Assembly: GCF_001194135.2 (NCBI RefSeq) | Contig: NC_069000.1 | Span: 35,475,727 to 35,539,726, forward strand | Direction: 5' to 3' | DNA: 64,000 nucleotides | DNA from: Octopus bimaculoides | Taxonomy: Eukaryota | Shown: positions 24,445-36,930 of the stretch, one piece after another | Position numbering within the stretch: position 1 is the stretch's first letter | Layout: each line of letters begins with the position of its first letter | Position numbers and translations under genes: made by a program | The notes under the pieces: model-generated | Databases searched by the model: none | Seen by the model: only the letters and a program-made list of their open reading frames with translations | Told to the model about the DNA's origin: nothing

Positions 24445-25403
24445 CCATGTGACTGGCCCTAGTGCCGGTGGCACGTAAAAGCACCTACTACACTCTTGGA
24501 GTGGTTGGCGATAGGAAGGGCATCCAGCTGTAGAAACTCTGCCAGATCAGATTGGAGCCTGGTGCAGCCTTCTGGCTTGCCAGTCCTCAGTCAAATCGTC
24601 CAACCCATGCTAGTATGGAAAGCGGACGTTAAACGATGATGAAATATATATATATGTATGTATGTCTTTTATCTTTTACGTGTTTCAGTCATTAGATTGC
24701 AACCGTGCCCCAGTATGGACACAATCTAATGACTGCTTTGAAGGGTTTGATCAAATAAATTTCCGCCCAGTGCTTATTTTTTTCTTAATGTCTGGTACTT
24801 ATTCTATTGGGCTCTTTTTGCTAAACCACTAAGTTAATAATGATGATGAAGAGGGTATGTGTATGTGAGTGAATGTCTATATTTGTGATGGTTGTAAAAG
24901 AATGCTGCTGTCATACAAGCAGTATCACTTATTCCCACCTAGTATCCTGTGGAGGCATTTCTGGCCGTAGAGGGATATTACGTTGTTCGGAAATAGGTGA
25001 GAGTCGGCGACAGTAAGAGTATTTGACTACAGGAAATTCTATGCCAATGTTATCTTGCCTGACCTATGCAAAGCATGGAAAAGTAGGCATCAAAACAATG
25101 ATGTTGCTGACAGCGGTGATGATGGTGAGGAAGAGGGAGAGGAGATGTGTGTGTCTGTGTCTCCTTGTCTTGACGTAGCATAATGCTTGTAAATGAGTGT
25201 CACTGTCATATGAGCGGTGTCATTCATTTCCAATGTTCTGCAAAAACATGTCTGGTCATGGAGAGGAAATATTACCTCGCTTGGAAACAGGTGAGGGTTG
25301 ACAATTGGGTGGGGGGCATCTGACCATAGCCAAGTCTACATCAGTGACCCACTTTGTTGAACACAGGGTTGTTTATTCCAGTATGTTCTACTTGTTGCCT
25401 GTT

Positions 25404-25655
25404 GAGGCGCAATGGCCCAGTGGTTAGGGCAGCAGACTCGCGGTCATAGGATCGTGGTTTCGATTCTCTTACTGGGCGTTGTGTGTGTTTATTGAGTGAA
25501 AACACTTAAAGCTCCACGAGGCTCCGGCAGGGGATGGTGGTGAACCCTGCTGTACTCTTTCACCACAACTTTCTCTCACTCTTACTTCCTGTTTCTGTTG
25601 TGCCTCTAATTCAAAGGGTCAGCCTTGTCACACTGTGTCACGCTGAATATCCCCG
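25404..25655 (+). mobile_element. Family C SINE cut by an N gap
   Basis: Near-identical to 20566-20820. Confidence 0.85.
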
Positions 25656-26651
25656 NNNNNNNNNNNNNNNNNNNNNNNNNNNNNNNNNNNNNNNNNNNNN
25701 NNNNNNNNNNNNNNNNNNNNNNNNNNNNNNNNNNNNNNNNNNNNNNNNNNNNNNNNNNNNNNNNNNNNNNNNNNNNNNNNNNNNNNNNNNNNNNNNNNNN
25801 NNNNNNNNNNNNNNNNNNNNNNNNNNNNNNNNNNNNNNNNNNNNNNNNNNNNNNNNNNNNNNNNNNNNNNNNNNNNNNNNNNNNNNNNNNNNNNNNNNNN
25901 NNNNNNNNNNNNNNNNNNNNNNNNNNNNNNNNNNNNNNNNNNNNNNNNNNNNNNNNNNNNNNNNNNNNNNNNNNNNNNNNNNNNNNNNNNNNNNNNNNNN
26001 NNNNNNNNNNNNNNNNNNNNNNNNNNNNNNNNNNNNNNNNNNNNNNNNNNNNNNNNNNNNNNNNNNNNNNNNNNNNNNNNNNNNNNNNNNNNNNNNNNNN
26101 NNNNNNNNNNNNNNNNNNNNNNNNNNNNNNNNNNNNNNNNNNNNNNNNNNNNNNNNNNNNNNNNNNNNNNNNNNNNNNNNNNNNNNNNNNNNNNNNNNNN
26201 NNNNNNNNNNNNNNNNNNNNNNNNNNNNNNNNNNNNNNNNNNNNNNNNNNNNNNNNNNNNNNNNNNNNNNNNNNNNNNNNNNNNNNNNNNNNNNNNNNNN
26301 NNNNNNNNNNNNNNNNNNNNNNNNNNNNNNNNNNNNNNNNNNNNNNNNNNNNNNNNNNNNNNNNNNNNNNNNNNNNNNNNNNNNNNNNNNNNNNNNNNNN
26401 NNNNNNNNNNNNNNNNNNGAATGTGTATGTGGATATGCATGTGTGTGTGTATGTGGTTATGTGAATGCATGTGTGTATATGTACGAGAACAACATGTTTG
26501 TGTATGTATGTGAATGTATTTGTGTGTGTGTGTGTGTGTGTGTGTCAGTTACTCTATTCAATCATTGCTGAAATATCTTGTTTCTATAATCGTGATCTTA
26601 TCTTCTTTGTCTCTGTCTTTATATATGAAATGTATGTGTTTGAGTATCTTT

Positions 26652-26724
<73 letters not shown>

Positions 26725-27060
26725 ATATATTTCCAGCTTCGTTCTAAAACATTAATGGAGCTTCAGATTCATCTTCTATAGAATTACTCTATCCATATGA
26801 TTGCAAGTGTGATGTTTAAGTTTCCACCACACACACACACGTATGTGTTCTGGTATTTTATGTTCTGAATTCATTTCCTCTCACATCTTAGGCATTCCAC
26901 TGCATCCATCTGTAGCAGGGTATCCATTTCAGTAAACCATGCTTTAGCTAAAGACATGGATTTATTGAGGAGATCCAAATCGTTCAAATATCAACTACAA
27001 AGATAGTTCCTACAGAAAACCTCTCTCTCTCTATTTTTTAATAAGTGTTATAATAATACT

Positions 27061-27433
27061 CTTTTACTCTTTTACTTGCTTCAGTCATTTGACTGCGGCC
27101 ATGCTGGAGTACCGCCTTTAGTCGAGCAAATCGACCCCAGGACTTATTCTTTTTGGAAGCCTAGTACTTATTCTATCGGTCTCTTTTGCCGAACCGCTAA
27201 GTTACGGGGACGTAAACACACCAGCATCGGTTGTCAAGCAATGCTAGGGGGGGACAAACACAGACACACACACACACATACACACACATATATACATATA
27301 CACCAAATCCACTCACAAGGCTTTGGTTGGCCCGAGGCTATTGTAAAAGACACTTGCCCAAGATGCCGCGCAGTGGGACTGAACCCAGAACCATGTGGTT
27401 GATAAGCAAGCTACTTACCACACAGCCACTCCT
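27061..27433 (-). mobile_element. Full-length family A SINE ending about 55 bp before an exon
   Basis: Reverse complement of the 11304 type; CpG-rich. Confidence 0.88.
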
Positions 27434-27487
27434 TTCTTCAAGATTTTCCTCATCTTAAATTCTTCTAAATTTTTATTCTTGAAACAG

Positions 27488-27651
27488 GACTGAAGGATTT
27501 GGCCCCACCAACATTCAATCTGAAGAAGTTGTTTACTGATGAGACCGTTGCTACAGAACCGATCTTGATTATCATATCTCCTGGTGCTGATCCTTCTCAT
27601 GATCTACAAGAACTTGCTTCGCAGACAATTGGTTCTGACCGATACTATCAG
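27488..27651 (+). CDS. DYNC2H1: DYNC2H1 exon (AAA6 start): (G)LKDLAPPTFNLKKLFTDETVATEPILIIISPGADPSHDLQELASQTIGSDRYYQ
   Basis: aaacag acceptor, gtaaag donor; 164 nt, phase 1 to 0. Confidence 0.96.
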
Positions 27652-28510
27652 GTAAAGTGTTGAGCAACAAAAGCAATAAGTACATAGATAAACAAATAAA
27701 TTTTATAAATAATAATTATAAGCTTATAAGTGTTCACTGTGTATTGGCTATAGAAAATAGTTTAATATCAGGACATGTAAACTCTTGGCAGGAAAAAAAT
27801 GGGTACTAGTATGCATGGGAACTGAACCCCTCCCTCTTATTTTCACGATAAGTATACTGACTGATTACACAAACTTACCGGCCTGTTTCTTTCCATTAGA
27901 TTTAAGAACTATAATTTCATAGTGTTGTGTAAACAATTTGTGTATGTCTAATATTGTGGAATATAAACCATTGACAGAAGAGAACTAATGAATAAATGGG
28001 TTCAATGGAATTGGCTGCAGATTTACTGAGTCACTCTAGCATAAGGTGAAATACCTTGTATTAGTTGTTCTGGGTCTTTGCATTCTAATTTCAAATCTCT
28101 TTGTGGTTAGCTTTGCCTGTCATCCTTCTGGAGAGTGGGGGTCGATACAATAAATTTCCTAAGGGCAGTGGATTTCCATAATTGCAGTATTTGATCCAAG
28201 GACACCTTGCAGTATTTGTTCCAAGTCTTAGCATTCTGAGTTCAAATCCCACTACAGCCTACTTGGGTGATGGTCTTATTCTGTCGCTTGGTTTGATGTC
28301 ACTACATGACCCTTGGGGGCCTTTGGTGAAGGGGTCCACTCTGTAGCAAGCATTTAGGTCAAGCTTGAGAATAACTTCCTTGCTTCTTATCATCAGTTTC
28401 AGAAGACATGAAATGCCACTAAGCATTTTGTCTGACGTGTTAACAATTCTGCCAGCTCACCATCTTAATAACAACAACAAGAATAATAATAATAGTAATA
28501 ATAATGATAA

Positions 28511-29064
28511 CTGCACTTATGCAATACCAGGCACTAAGCTCTCATGGCTTCTGACTGGAAGTGTTATCATGTACATGTTTTGTCTTGGCGTAAAAGAAGG
28601 ACTGCAGCAAATATTCTGCTCAATACCATAGATTTGCTTGTCAGTTGTTTGACCTTAACCAGTTAAGCATGTTCCTTGGTGGCTGACGATATGTGCGTCT
28701 CTGATCAGGAGCATCATTGCCATGTGTTGAGAGGATATCTTTGGGGTTTGAAAAATTCACCTCTGGAAACATGGGTGCTTCATTCAACATCCTTAAGCAA
28801 CCCTTATTCCGTCAGGAACCTTTTGAGCAGGATGAGCTACTTGACCTGAAGAAAATTCTACCTGGGCCCCACCTGCAAGGTTATGTGCTGTTTATTTTGA
28901 TATGATATCACCATGTTATGCACATATGGTTGTGATGCATGTGCCTGGTGTACCCTTATCAGGTGGGTAGTTATGATGGGTACACTGGGCTTTGTATATT
29001 TGTACCCCAGTGTTACTTTGATGGCATACCCTGCTCTCTCTCACTCAATAATAATAATAATAAT
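28511..29064 (+). mobile_element. (AAT)n-flanked interspersed repeat, probably a retroelement 3' region; second copy at 49246-49787
   Basis: The copies share TGGAAGT.TTATCATGTACATGTT...CAGCAAATATTCTGCT...CCCCACCTGCAA...CACATATGGTTGTGATGCATGTGCCTGGTGTACCC...CTCTCTCA.TCAATA and an AAT tail. Confidence 0.8.
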
Positions 29065-29089
29065 ATACTTTAAATTATTTTCCTTGTAG

Positions 29090-29215
29090 GTTGCCATGGG
29101 GCAGGGACAAGCTAATGTGGCATTAGAATTACTTAGGCAATCAGCCCATGATGGAGACTGGTTATGTTTGAAGAACCTTCATCTTGTCACATCTTGGCTT
29201 CCTATCTTAGAAAAG
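29090..29215 (+). CDS. DYNC2H1: DYNC2H1 exon (AAA6): [42 protein letters not shown]
   Basis: ttccttgtag acceptor, gtaagt donor; 126 nt. Confidence 0.97.
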
Positions 29216-29673
29216 GTAAGTGTCACTTTTTTTTTTTTTCATGGATCTTTTTTTTTACTTTGTTTTAGTTTGTTTTTTCCCTCAGGTGTACTGATATTCT
29301 GTAGCTTGTTTATATTTATGTGCTAGAGATATTTTTTAATCCACATCATTAACTGGTTGTTATATCATTGCTGTTATTTCTGTTCAGAACAGGTTTGAAC
29401 ATTTTAATAAACCTTGTCATCATCATTGTCGTCATTGTCATCAATATCATCATCGTCATCATCAACTTTATCTTCACCACCATCATCATCATCATCATCA
29501 TCATTATCGTCATCAGTGTCATTGCCATCATCATCATCATCATCATCATCATAAGTAAAAATAAAGAACCTATCCATTCAATGTAGAAAATTGTTTTTTT
29601 TTTTTTTTTTTTTTTGTTTAAACAATCACAGTAATAATGAATATCTCATCAATAACCGTTAATGTCGTTTTAG

Positions 29674-29784
29674 GAAATTAACAGCCTGAAACCAAACAAT
29701 GGCTTCCGTCTCTGGCTTACCACCGAAGTGCATCCACATTTCCCCAGTGTCTTGCTCCAGTCTAGTCTTAAAATCACCTACGAG
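29674..29784 (+). CDS. DYNC2H1: DYNC2H1 exon: EINSLKPNNGFRLWLTTEVHPHFPSVLLQSSLKITYE
   Basis: gttttag acceptor, gtcagt donor; 111 nt. Confidence 0.96.
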
Positions 29785-29898
29785 GTCAGTAACTACTCTG
29801 TCTCTCCTCTATCAAGAGCTTTATCAGATTTCTCTCTTGTGTCTATTTAATAAACAGTTAGAAGAATTTCCATTGACCTTTGATCTGTTTTGTTTCAG

Positions 29899-30051
29899 TC
29901 ACCTCCTGGGCTAAAGAAATCTCTCCAACGAACATACGAGGCCTGGTCAAGTGAGTACCTGCGGCAGGGCAATGAAAATCGAGCCAATGCTTTGTTTGCT
30001 CTCGCTTGGTTCCACGCCGTTGTACAAGAAAGGAGGACTTACATTCCACAG
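29899..30051 (+). CDS. DYNC2H1: DYNC2H1 exon: SPPGLKKSLQRTYEAWSSEYLRQGNENRANALFALAWFHAVVQERRTYIPQ
   Basis: tgtttcag acceptor, gtgagt donor; 153 nt; follows a 114-nt intron. Confidence 0.97.
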
Positions 30052-30609
30052 GTGAGTTTGTGTTTCCGATTGCATCAGTCGGTGGCGGTGGCAGCGTGAT
30101 AATTTTAAAATGATCATCACTGTCATACAAGCGGTGCCATTCATTTTCCAATATTCTGCAAGAACATGTCTGACCATGAGCATGGGGAAATTATTACCTT
30201 GTTTGGAAACGTGTGTGAGTTGGTGACAGGAAGAGCATCCGACTGTGGAAAATTTGTCTGTGGGCATTAAAATGATGATTATGATGGTGGTGGTGGTAGT
30301 GGTGGTGGCAGTGGTAATGATGGTGGTGATCCATGCTTGCATGAGTTGGACGGCTTGGCAAGACCTGGTAGATCTAAGGACTGCATTGTGCTCCAGTGCC
30401 TACTTTGGCATGATTTCTATGGCTGGATGGATGCCTTTCCTAACACCAACCACTTTACAGCATGTACTGGGTGCTTTATTTTTCATGCCACCAGTACTAG
30501 TGAGGCAGCCATGTTGCTTGCAAGACCATGAAACTTGAGCAGGGAGAGTATATAAGGAGATGAGATCTAAAGTACAATAGAGGAACATACACAGGTGTTT
30601 TGTTATTGA

Positions 30610-30682
30610 GGAGATACATAGTCAAAGGAGATACATGGTCAAAGGAGATACATGGTCAAAGGAGATACATGGTCAAAGGAGA
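30610..30682 (+). repeat. 17-bp tandem repeat GGAGATACATGGTCAAA, about 4.3 copies
   Basis: Copies start at 30610, 30627, 30644 and 30661. Confidence 0.9.
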
Positions 30683-31245
30683 CAAGAGAAGGTAATGATG
30701 GGGTACTACAGCAAACTCTCAAGAAACAAGAAGGTGAGCCTAAGAGAGGATACAGATGGTTAGTCACAGGATGAGAGAGTGTGTGGATGCTTTCATAGGA
30801 GTGTGAGAAGGAAGTGAACAGGTAGCAGTAGAGACAGAGGTTAATGTAGTGAGTGATGAGTGAGGGTGGGGGTGCAGATGATGGGAAATACCAGTTGTGA
30901 AAGGAGTAAGGTGGGAGATATAGGGATGACTCAAGAAGATGAATGGTCTAGTGGTTAGTGTGTTGCACTCATGATCGCAAGATCATGGTTTCAATTCCTA
31001 GACTGCGTGGTGTGTTGTGTTCTTGAGCAAAACACTCCATCTCCCATTACTCTGCAATGATTTCGACATGTGACACATGGCACACTTGTGCACCTGTTTG
31101 GGCAACGGCAATTTGATGAAGGGAGTAAGCTAATATGCAGCACATTTATTTGACCACTATAAACAAATCAGTTGTGTAGGTCATTCGACAGAAATTCTGA
31201 ACACTCGTATGTCATCTTCAACAGGAGAGTCCATCATTATTATTA

Positions 31246-31288
<43 letters not shown>

Positions 31289-31469
31289 CATTATTATTAA
31301 GGTGGCAGACTCGGAGAATTGTCTGCACACTGGGCAAAATGCTTAGTAGCATTTCATCTTTTTCTACACTGGAGGTAGATGTAGGTGCATTGGTACATAG
31401 GCAAATAGGTAGGTAAGCAGGTACATAGGTAGGTGTGTGTTTGTGCCATAAGAAATGACTAAAGTTCGA

Positions 31470-31937
31470 TGACTGGCACCTGTGCCAGTGGGGCGCTAAG
31501 AGCACCGTCTGAGGGTGATCATTGTCAAAGCAGCTGTCTGGCATTCTCGCCAGTGGTACGTAAATAGCACCATTTGAGCATGATCATTACCAGCATTGCC
31601 TTACTGGCACTTGTGTCGGTGGCATGTGCAAAAACATTCAAGTGAGGTCGTTGCCAGTGCCGGCCACTGGACTGGCTCCTGTGCAGGTGGCACATAAAAA
31701 AACACCATTTTGAGCATGGCCATTGCCAGTACCACCTGACTGGCCCTTGTGCCGGTGGCATGTAAAAGCACCCACTACACTCTCGGAGTGGTTGGCGTTA
31801 GGAAAGGCATCCAGCTGTAGAAACTCTGCCAGATCAGATTGGAGAGCCTGGTGCAGCCATCTGGTTCACCAGTTCTCAGTCAAATCATCCAACCCATGCC
31901 AGCATGGAAAGCGGACGTTAAACGATGATGATGATGA
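31470..31937 (+). mobile_element. RTE-type 3' UTR repeat (family D) with GATGATGAT tail
   Basis: Ends CCAACCCATGCCAGCATGGAAAGCGGACGTTAAACGATGATGATG, the same tail as the ORF-bearing RTE copy at 41543-42080. Confidence 0.8.
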
Positions 31938-32780
31938 TCGTCCTTCATATTTTCTTCTANNNNNNNNNNNNNNNNNNNNNNNNNNNNNNNNNNNNNNNNN
32001 NNNNNNNNNNNNNNNNNNNNNNNNNNNNNNNNNNNNNNNNNNNNNNNNNNNNNNNNNNNNNNNNNNNNNNNNNNNNNNNNNNNNNNNNNNNNNNNNNNNN
32101 NNNNNNNNNNNNNNNNNNNNNNNNNNNNNNNNNNNNNNNNNNNNNNNNNNNNNNNNNNNNNNNNNNNNNNNNNNNNNNNNNNNNNNNNNNNNNNNNNNNN
32201 NNNNNNNNNNNNNNNNNNNNNNNNNNNNNNNNNNNNNNNNNNNNNNNNNNNNNNNNNNNNNNNNNNNNNNNNNNNNNNNNNNNNNNNNNNNNNNNNNNNN
32301 NNNNNNNNNNNNNNNNNNNNNNNNNNNNNNNNNNNNNNNNNNNNNNNNNNNNNNNNNNNNNNNNNNNNNNNNNNNNNNNNNNNNNNNNNNNNNNNNNNNN
32401 NNNNNNNNNNNNNNNNNNNNNNNNNNNNNNNNNNNNNNNNNNNNNNNNNNNNNNNNNNNNNNNNNNNNNNNNNNNNNNNNNNNNNNNNNNNNNNNNNNNN
32501 NNNNNNNNNNNNNNNNNNNNNNNNNNNNNNNNNNNNNNNNNNNNNNNNNNNNNNNNNNNNNNNNNNNNNNNNNNNNNNNNNNNNNNNNNNNNNNNNNNNN
32601 NNNNNNNNNNNNNNNNNNNNNNNNNNNNNNNNNNNNNNNNNNNNNNNNNNNNNNNNNNNNNNNNNNNNNNNNNNNNNNNNNNNNNNNNNNNNNNNNNNNN
32701 NNNNNNNNNNNNNNNNNNNNNNNNNNNNNNCATAACAGATACACAAACATATACACACACACAATGCACACACACACAAG

Positions 32781-32826
<46 letters not shown>

Positions 32827-32981
32827 ACAGGCTTCTTTTAGTTTCCATCTATCAAATCCACTCATAAGGCTTTGGTTGGCCTGAGGCTATAATAGAAGAT
32901 ATTTGCCCAAGGTGCCATGCAGTGGGGCTGAACCCAGAACCATGTGGTTGGTAAGCAAACTCCTTACCACACAGCCACTAC

Positions 32982-33084
32982 ACATTATCAACTGCACATA
33001 CTCAATGTATGTGTTCTGTGCCAGACCACAGCATACTGGCCAACAAGTAAAACACATACATTGAGTATGTGCAGACGATAATGT
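32982..33084. repeat. Inverted repeat with a perfect 24-bp core stem (34 bp with 2 mismatches) and a 35-nt spacer
   Basis: CTGCACATACTCAATGTATGTGTT (32992-33015) and AACACATACATTGAGTATGTGCAG (33051-33074). Confidence 0.93.
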
Positions 33085-33168
33085 TTACAACACTAGCACT
33101 GGTTTTAATTCATAATTGAATGTGTGTATGTTATGAAGAAAAGAAGTGTATTCCCATGCAAGAAAGAA

Positions 33169-33383
33169 TATAGGAGAGTTGGTTTTGAGGGTTGAAAATG
33201 CACCTGAGTATTAAAATGTGTGGTAGTTTTTTTAAATTTTAAATAGATTTATTAAAATACCAAACTGGTTTCAACCATGTATTGTTTTACAATGGTAAAT
33301 AAAAAAAAGTTTAAGAAAGGTTGAATGTTCACACATTTTAAGACTTCAGTGCATTTTCAACCCACAAAAACAACTCTCCTATA
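33169..33383. mobile_element. Tc1/mariner-type MITE with about 54-bp TIRs and TA flanks
   Basis: TA-TAGGAGAGTTGGTTTTGAGGGTTGAAAATGCAC... and ...GTGCATTTTCAACCCACAAAAACAACTCTCCTA-TA. Confidence 0.85.
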
Positions 33384-34519
33384 TATATTCCAAAATGAGA
33401 AAAACACAAAGACAAGGTTAAAAAATGGATGACTTAAGTTTACATTCAGGTAAAATGAAAGAAGTTTTTAACATTTTGAGCCTACATTCTTCTACAGAAA
33501 GGATAGATGAAGAGAGAAAAAGGATGCAGAGAAAACAAACATGTCTGAATTATATGGTTAAGGCATTCTGAAAAGTTGTGTGTGTGCGTGCGTGCATGTG
33601 TGAATATCCATGTATGTACATGTATGTGTTTGTTGGTTTGTCTATGTGTGTATGCATGTGCACGACTTAGTAGGTCAGCATAAAAGATCAATAAAATAAA
33701 TATCAGTCTTAAAGAAAAGTAAGTATTGTGGTTGATTTATTTAATTAAAACCTTTCAAGGCAAGTGCCCCAGCATGACCACAGTCCACTGACTGAAACAA
33801 GTAAAAGGTAATGTGCGAAAGCATTTTCCGAACACTCTTTAACCCTTTTGATACCAAACACCTGACATCATCCCTGGTTCTGTTGTTTGCCTTCCATCAA
33901 AATGTTATGTTCCTCTATATTCCAACTATCAGCTTCAGATTTTAACACAAGATCAGCAATTTCGGAGGTGGAGTCTCGTCACTTACATCAACCCCAGTGC
34001 CCAGCTGGTACTTATTTTATCAACCCCAAAAGGATGAAAGGCAAAGTCAGCCTCAGTAGAATATGAACTCAGAACATAAGGACAAACCAAATGCTGCCCA
34101 GTATTTTGCCCAGCATCCCTTACAATTCTGCCAGCTTGCCATCTTTTACCAACTTAATAATGATAATATTATTTTAATAAGTTCTTAGTTATTTTGAAAA
34201 TTAATTGAAACAAAGGCTTTATGTTTCATGATAAGTATATGCTTCAACATAAGAACTGTGCATGTTTGAGTCAACCCTTTCGTTAGTATATTTCTGACCA
34301 AAATACACCTCTCACGAGTTTCAATTAAATTCTAAAATAATCATGAATTAACATATTAATGTGATATTTGGAGCATAATTAAAGAAAGGGTTCTTAATCA
34401 ATTTCATTGCATAACTTTTGTCTCAAAGTGACTCTAATTACAGGTAAATCCAGGTAAACTGAACAAAAGGTAAAAATATTAAAATTTTGTTTAAGCATCA
34501 CAATAGAAAATGAATCATC

Positions 34520-35500
34520 AGCTAATATTCAATTGGGTATGCAACAAAATTTTGATATAGAAGAATTGTGCAGATCACTAGATTATCAGTTGAATTTAAT
34601 GCACAACAGAACAGGTGTACCATAAAGGCGAAATAAACTGAAACACTGGAATCCACCGCAAGTTTGACCGAACTAAATAAATCTGCCAAAAGATAATATA
34701 CAACCTTGGTTATGGTATGGAAGTGATAAATTCCAGACCACATTGTACCCTAGGCCATGCTGACTAACATTATTTTCCCTATATAAAATCTAAATCCACA
34801 GCAGTACCCAGTATTTGCTTCACAAATTTTCCAAACTTTGATTCCCCCATTTTGTGGGCTTTCCTGGCATATACTGTTTGTTTACATTCTGCATAACAGT
34901 TCGTTTCCACAGTGATTGCTTCAAACAAGCATACTGAAAAAAATAAAAGTCTAACGGTTTCGTTTTCTAAGGAAGACTCTGGATAGACCCCATCTCCTCA
35001 GAAAAATTGCTAATAAAAACATTTTTTAAGTTTTTACTTCATTTCGATGTAAAATCGTCTTTGCTGTCACTATCACCGCTTTCAGTTTCTTCAGAATCGC
35101 TGCTTTCGGTTTTGGATACAGAAATATCCTATTCATTCTCGTACACCACATGCTTTTGTACCTCATTCATTCTTTTTCTCAATATCTCCATATTTTCCAT
35201 TGAAAATCCTGTAAATTCAGAATCATTGCATGATAGCATGAAACTCCTATCCATTTTCAAAGTTGCAAACAAATCGATGCCAATAAAAAGTGGAAAAAAG
35301 TCTCTCAAAATTCAGTGAGTTCAGATATCATGTCAAGCAATGTCAGATACTATAACTCAACTATTTACAAAGTGAAATCATGTATTTTCACAAATGTGCT
35401 AACGAGATTTGTGCTTAAATTCCCATTTAAATAACAATGAGTACTCTCAGCCGGCTACAGCCGGGTTGGTCTTATGAACCAGAAAGACCAACCTGGGTTA
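34520..35500 (-). mobile_element. piggyBac (PGBD4-like) transposase relic with probable 5' terminus
   Basis: KQYMPGKPTKWG/IKVWKICEANTGYCCGFRFYIGK...HGLGYNVVWNL...DLFSSVKLA; acidic SDSE-rich N-terminus near 35050-35200; GGG-TTAG end at 35495-35501 with a 13-bp subterminal hairpin (35461-35496). Confidence 0.85.
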
Positions 35501-35619
35501 GTATCAGCAGTTTGCATAAAAAGAAAAGAAAATACAATATCCTATCCAAAAATGAAATTTTTTTTTGAAAAATCAAAAAATATCTAGATTATGACTGGGA
35601 GACAACAGTTTACTCAAAA

Positions 35620-36110
35620 TGGTTGTTCTCAGCTTCCAGCATGGCCATCATGCATTCCTCACTGTATCCCTGAGAAGATTTTTGGACACCTCCTTGATCT
35701 TGGCCACCAGCTCAGCCTTGGTTTTGCAGGCAGAGCAGTTGGTGTCTTTCTCAACTTGGAAGCCAGAAATTGGGGCTGGTGAAGTCGTAGAAATTCTCCA
35801 CGAACCATTTCTGATTCTTTGCAGAAGTACGCCAAGGAGTTGAATGCTGCTGCTACATATAGGACCTTCCAGCAACAACTCTCTCCAGCCAAAGTTTCAC
35901 TACTGTCTCCACCACCTTCATATAATCATCAGAATTGTGCCTAAAACCCTGTTCAAAGATGTAAGGTAGTATGATGTTACCCTCGCTGCTGATGCACCCA
36001 AAAATCATCACTGTTGAGGGGATCTTGGTTTCCATGATGTCTTTGTCATATCTTACAGCCCTTGCAGTGTTCACAGAGCATTGAAGAGCAGTCATGATGT
36101 CGGCATTTTG
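35620..36110 (-). mobile_element. Tc1/mariner-superfamily (maT/DD37D-like) transposase relic, catalytic and C-terminal region
   Basis: TKIPSTVMIFGCISSEGNIILPYIFEQG...Y.KVVETVVK.WLERVVAGRSY..QQ....QKWFVENFYDFTSPNFW.P...TNCSACKTKAELVAKIKEV. Confidence 0.82.
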
Positions 36111-36182
36111 TTACCTGGCATGACTCATCATGATACAAGAAACTCTCTTCCAATATTCAGATAGCTCCTACTCCTCCATATC

Positions 36183-36376
36183 TCTTTTACTCATTTCAGT
36201 CATTTGACTGGAGCACCACCTTTAGTCAAGCAAATCGACGCCAGGACTTATTCTTTGGATGCCTAGTACTTATTCTATTGGTCTATTTTACCAAACCGCT
36301 AAGTTATGGGGACGTAAACACACAGTTGTCAAGCAATGTTGGGAGGACAAACACAGACACACATACACACATATAC

Positions 36377-36418
<42 letters not shown>

Positions 36419-36577
36419 GATGGGCTTTTTTCAGTTTCTGTCTACCAAATCCACTCACAAGGCTTTGGTCGGCCCAAGGCTATAGTAGAAGACACTTGCC
36501 CAAGGTGCCACGCAGTGAGAATGGACCCCGAACCATGTGGTTGGTAAGCAAGCTACTTACCACACAGCCACTCCTGC
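36183..36577 (-). mobile_element. Full-length family A SINE
   Basis: Reverse complement of the 11304 type with a central (TA)n. Confidence 0.87.
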
Positions 36578-36930
36578 TTACTTTTTCGCAACTCCAACTT
36601 TAATCATGATGCTCTAATGCCATTGACTGTTCACCAAAACATGAAGCTGTTCCTGAAAAAATAGAAGACATGAAAATGTCATCAAATTTAAGTCAAACAC
36701 CTTATATACATCCATATTCTCTCTCTATTTCTCTCTCTCTAGCTATCTATATGTCTATCTATCTCTATCCTTCTCTCTTTATGCTATCACCCTCCATTCA
36801 TCGTTTTCTCCTATCAAACTATCATGCTTCTCTTTGTGAGCTGTCACAGCCTTTTCAACGCCAATTAATTAATCATTCAATCAATCACATTATCCAATTC
36901 AAATCTCTCATCTCTTCTCCTTACTTATAG

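Noticed and set aside
29349-29586. Poly-Met and poly-Ile ORFs
   Set aside because: (ATC/GAT)n microsatellite inside an intron
31565-31577. TAGCACCATTTGA, matching the 5' part of miR-29
   Set aside because: It lies inside an RTE 3' UTR repeat, the match stops at 13 nt, and I see no precursor hairpin
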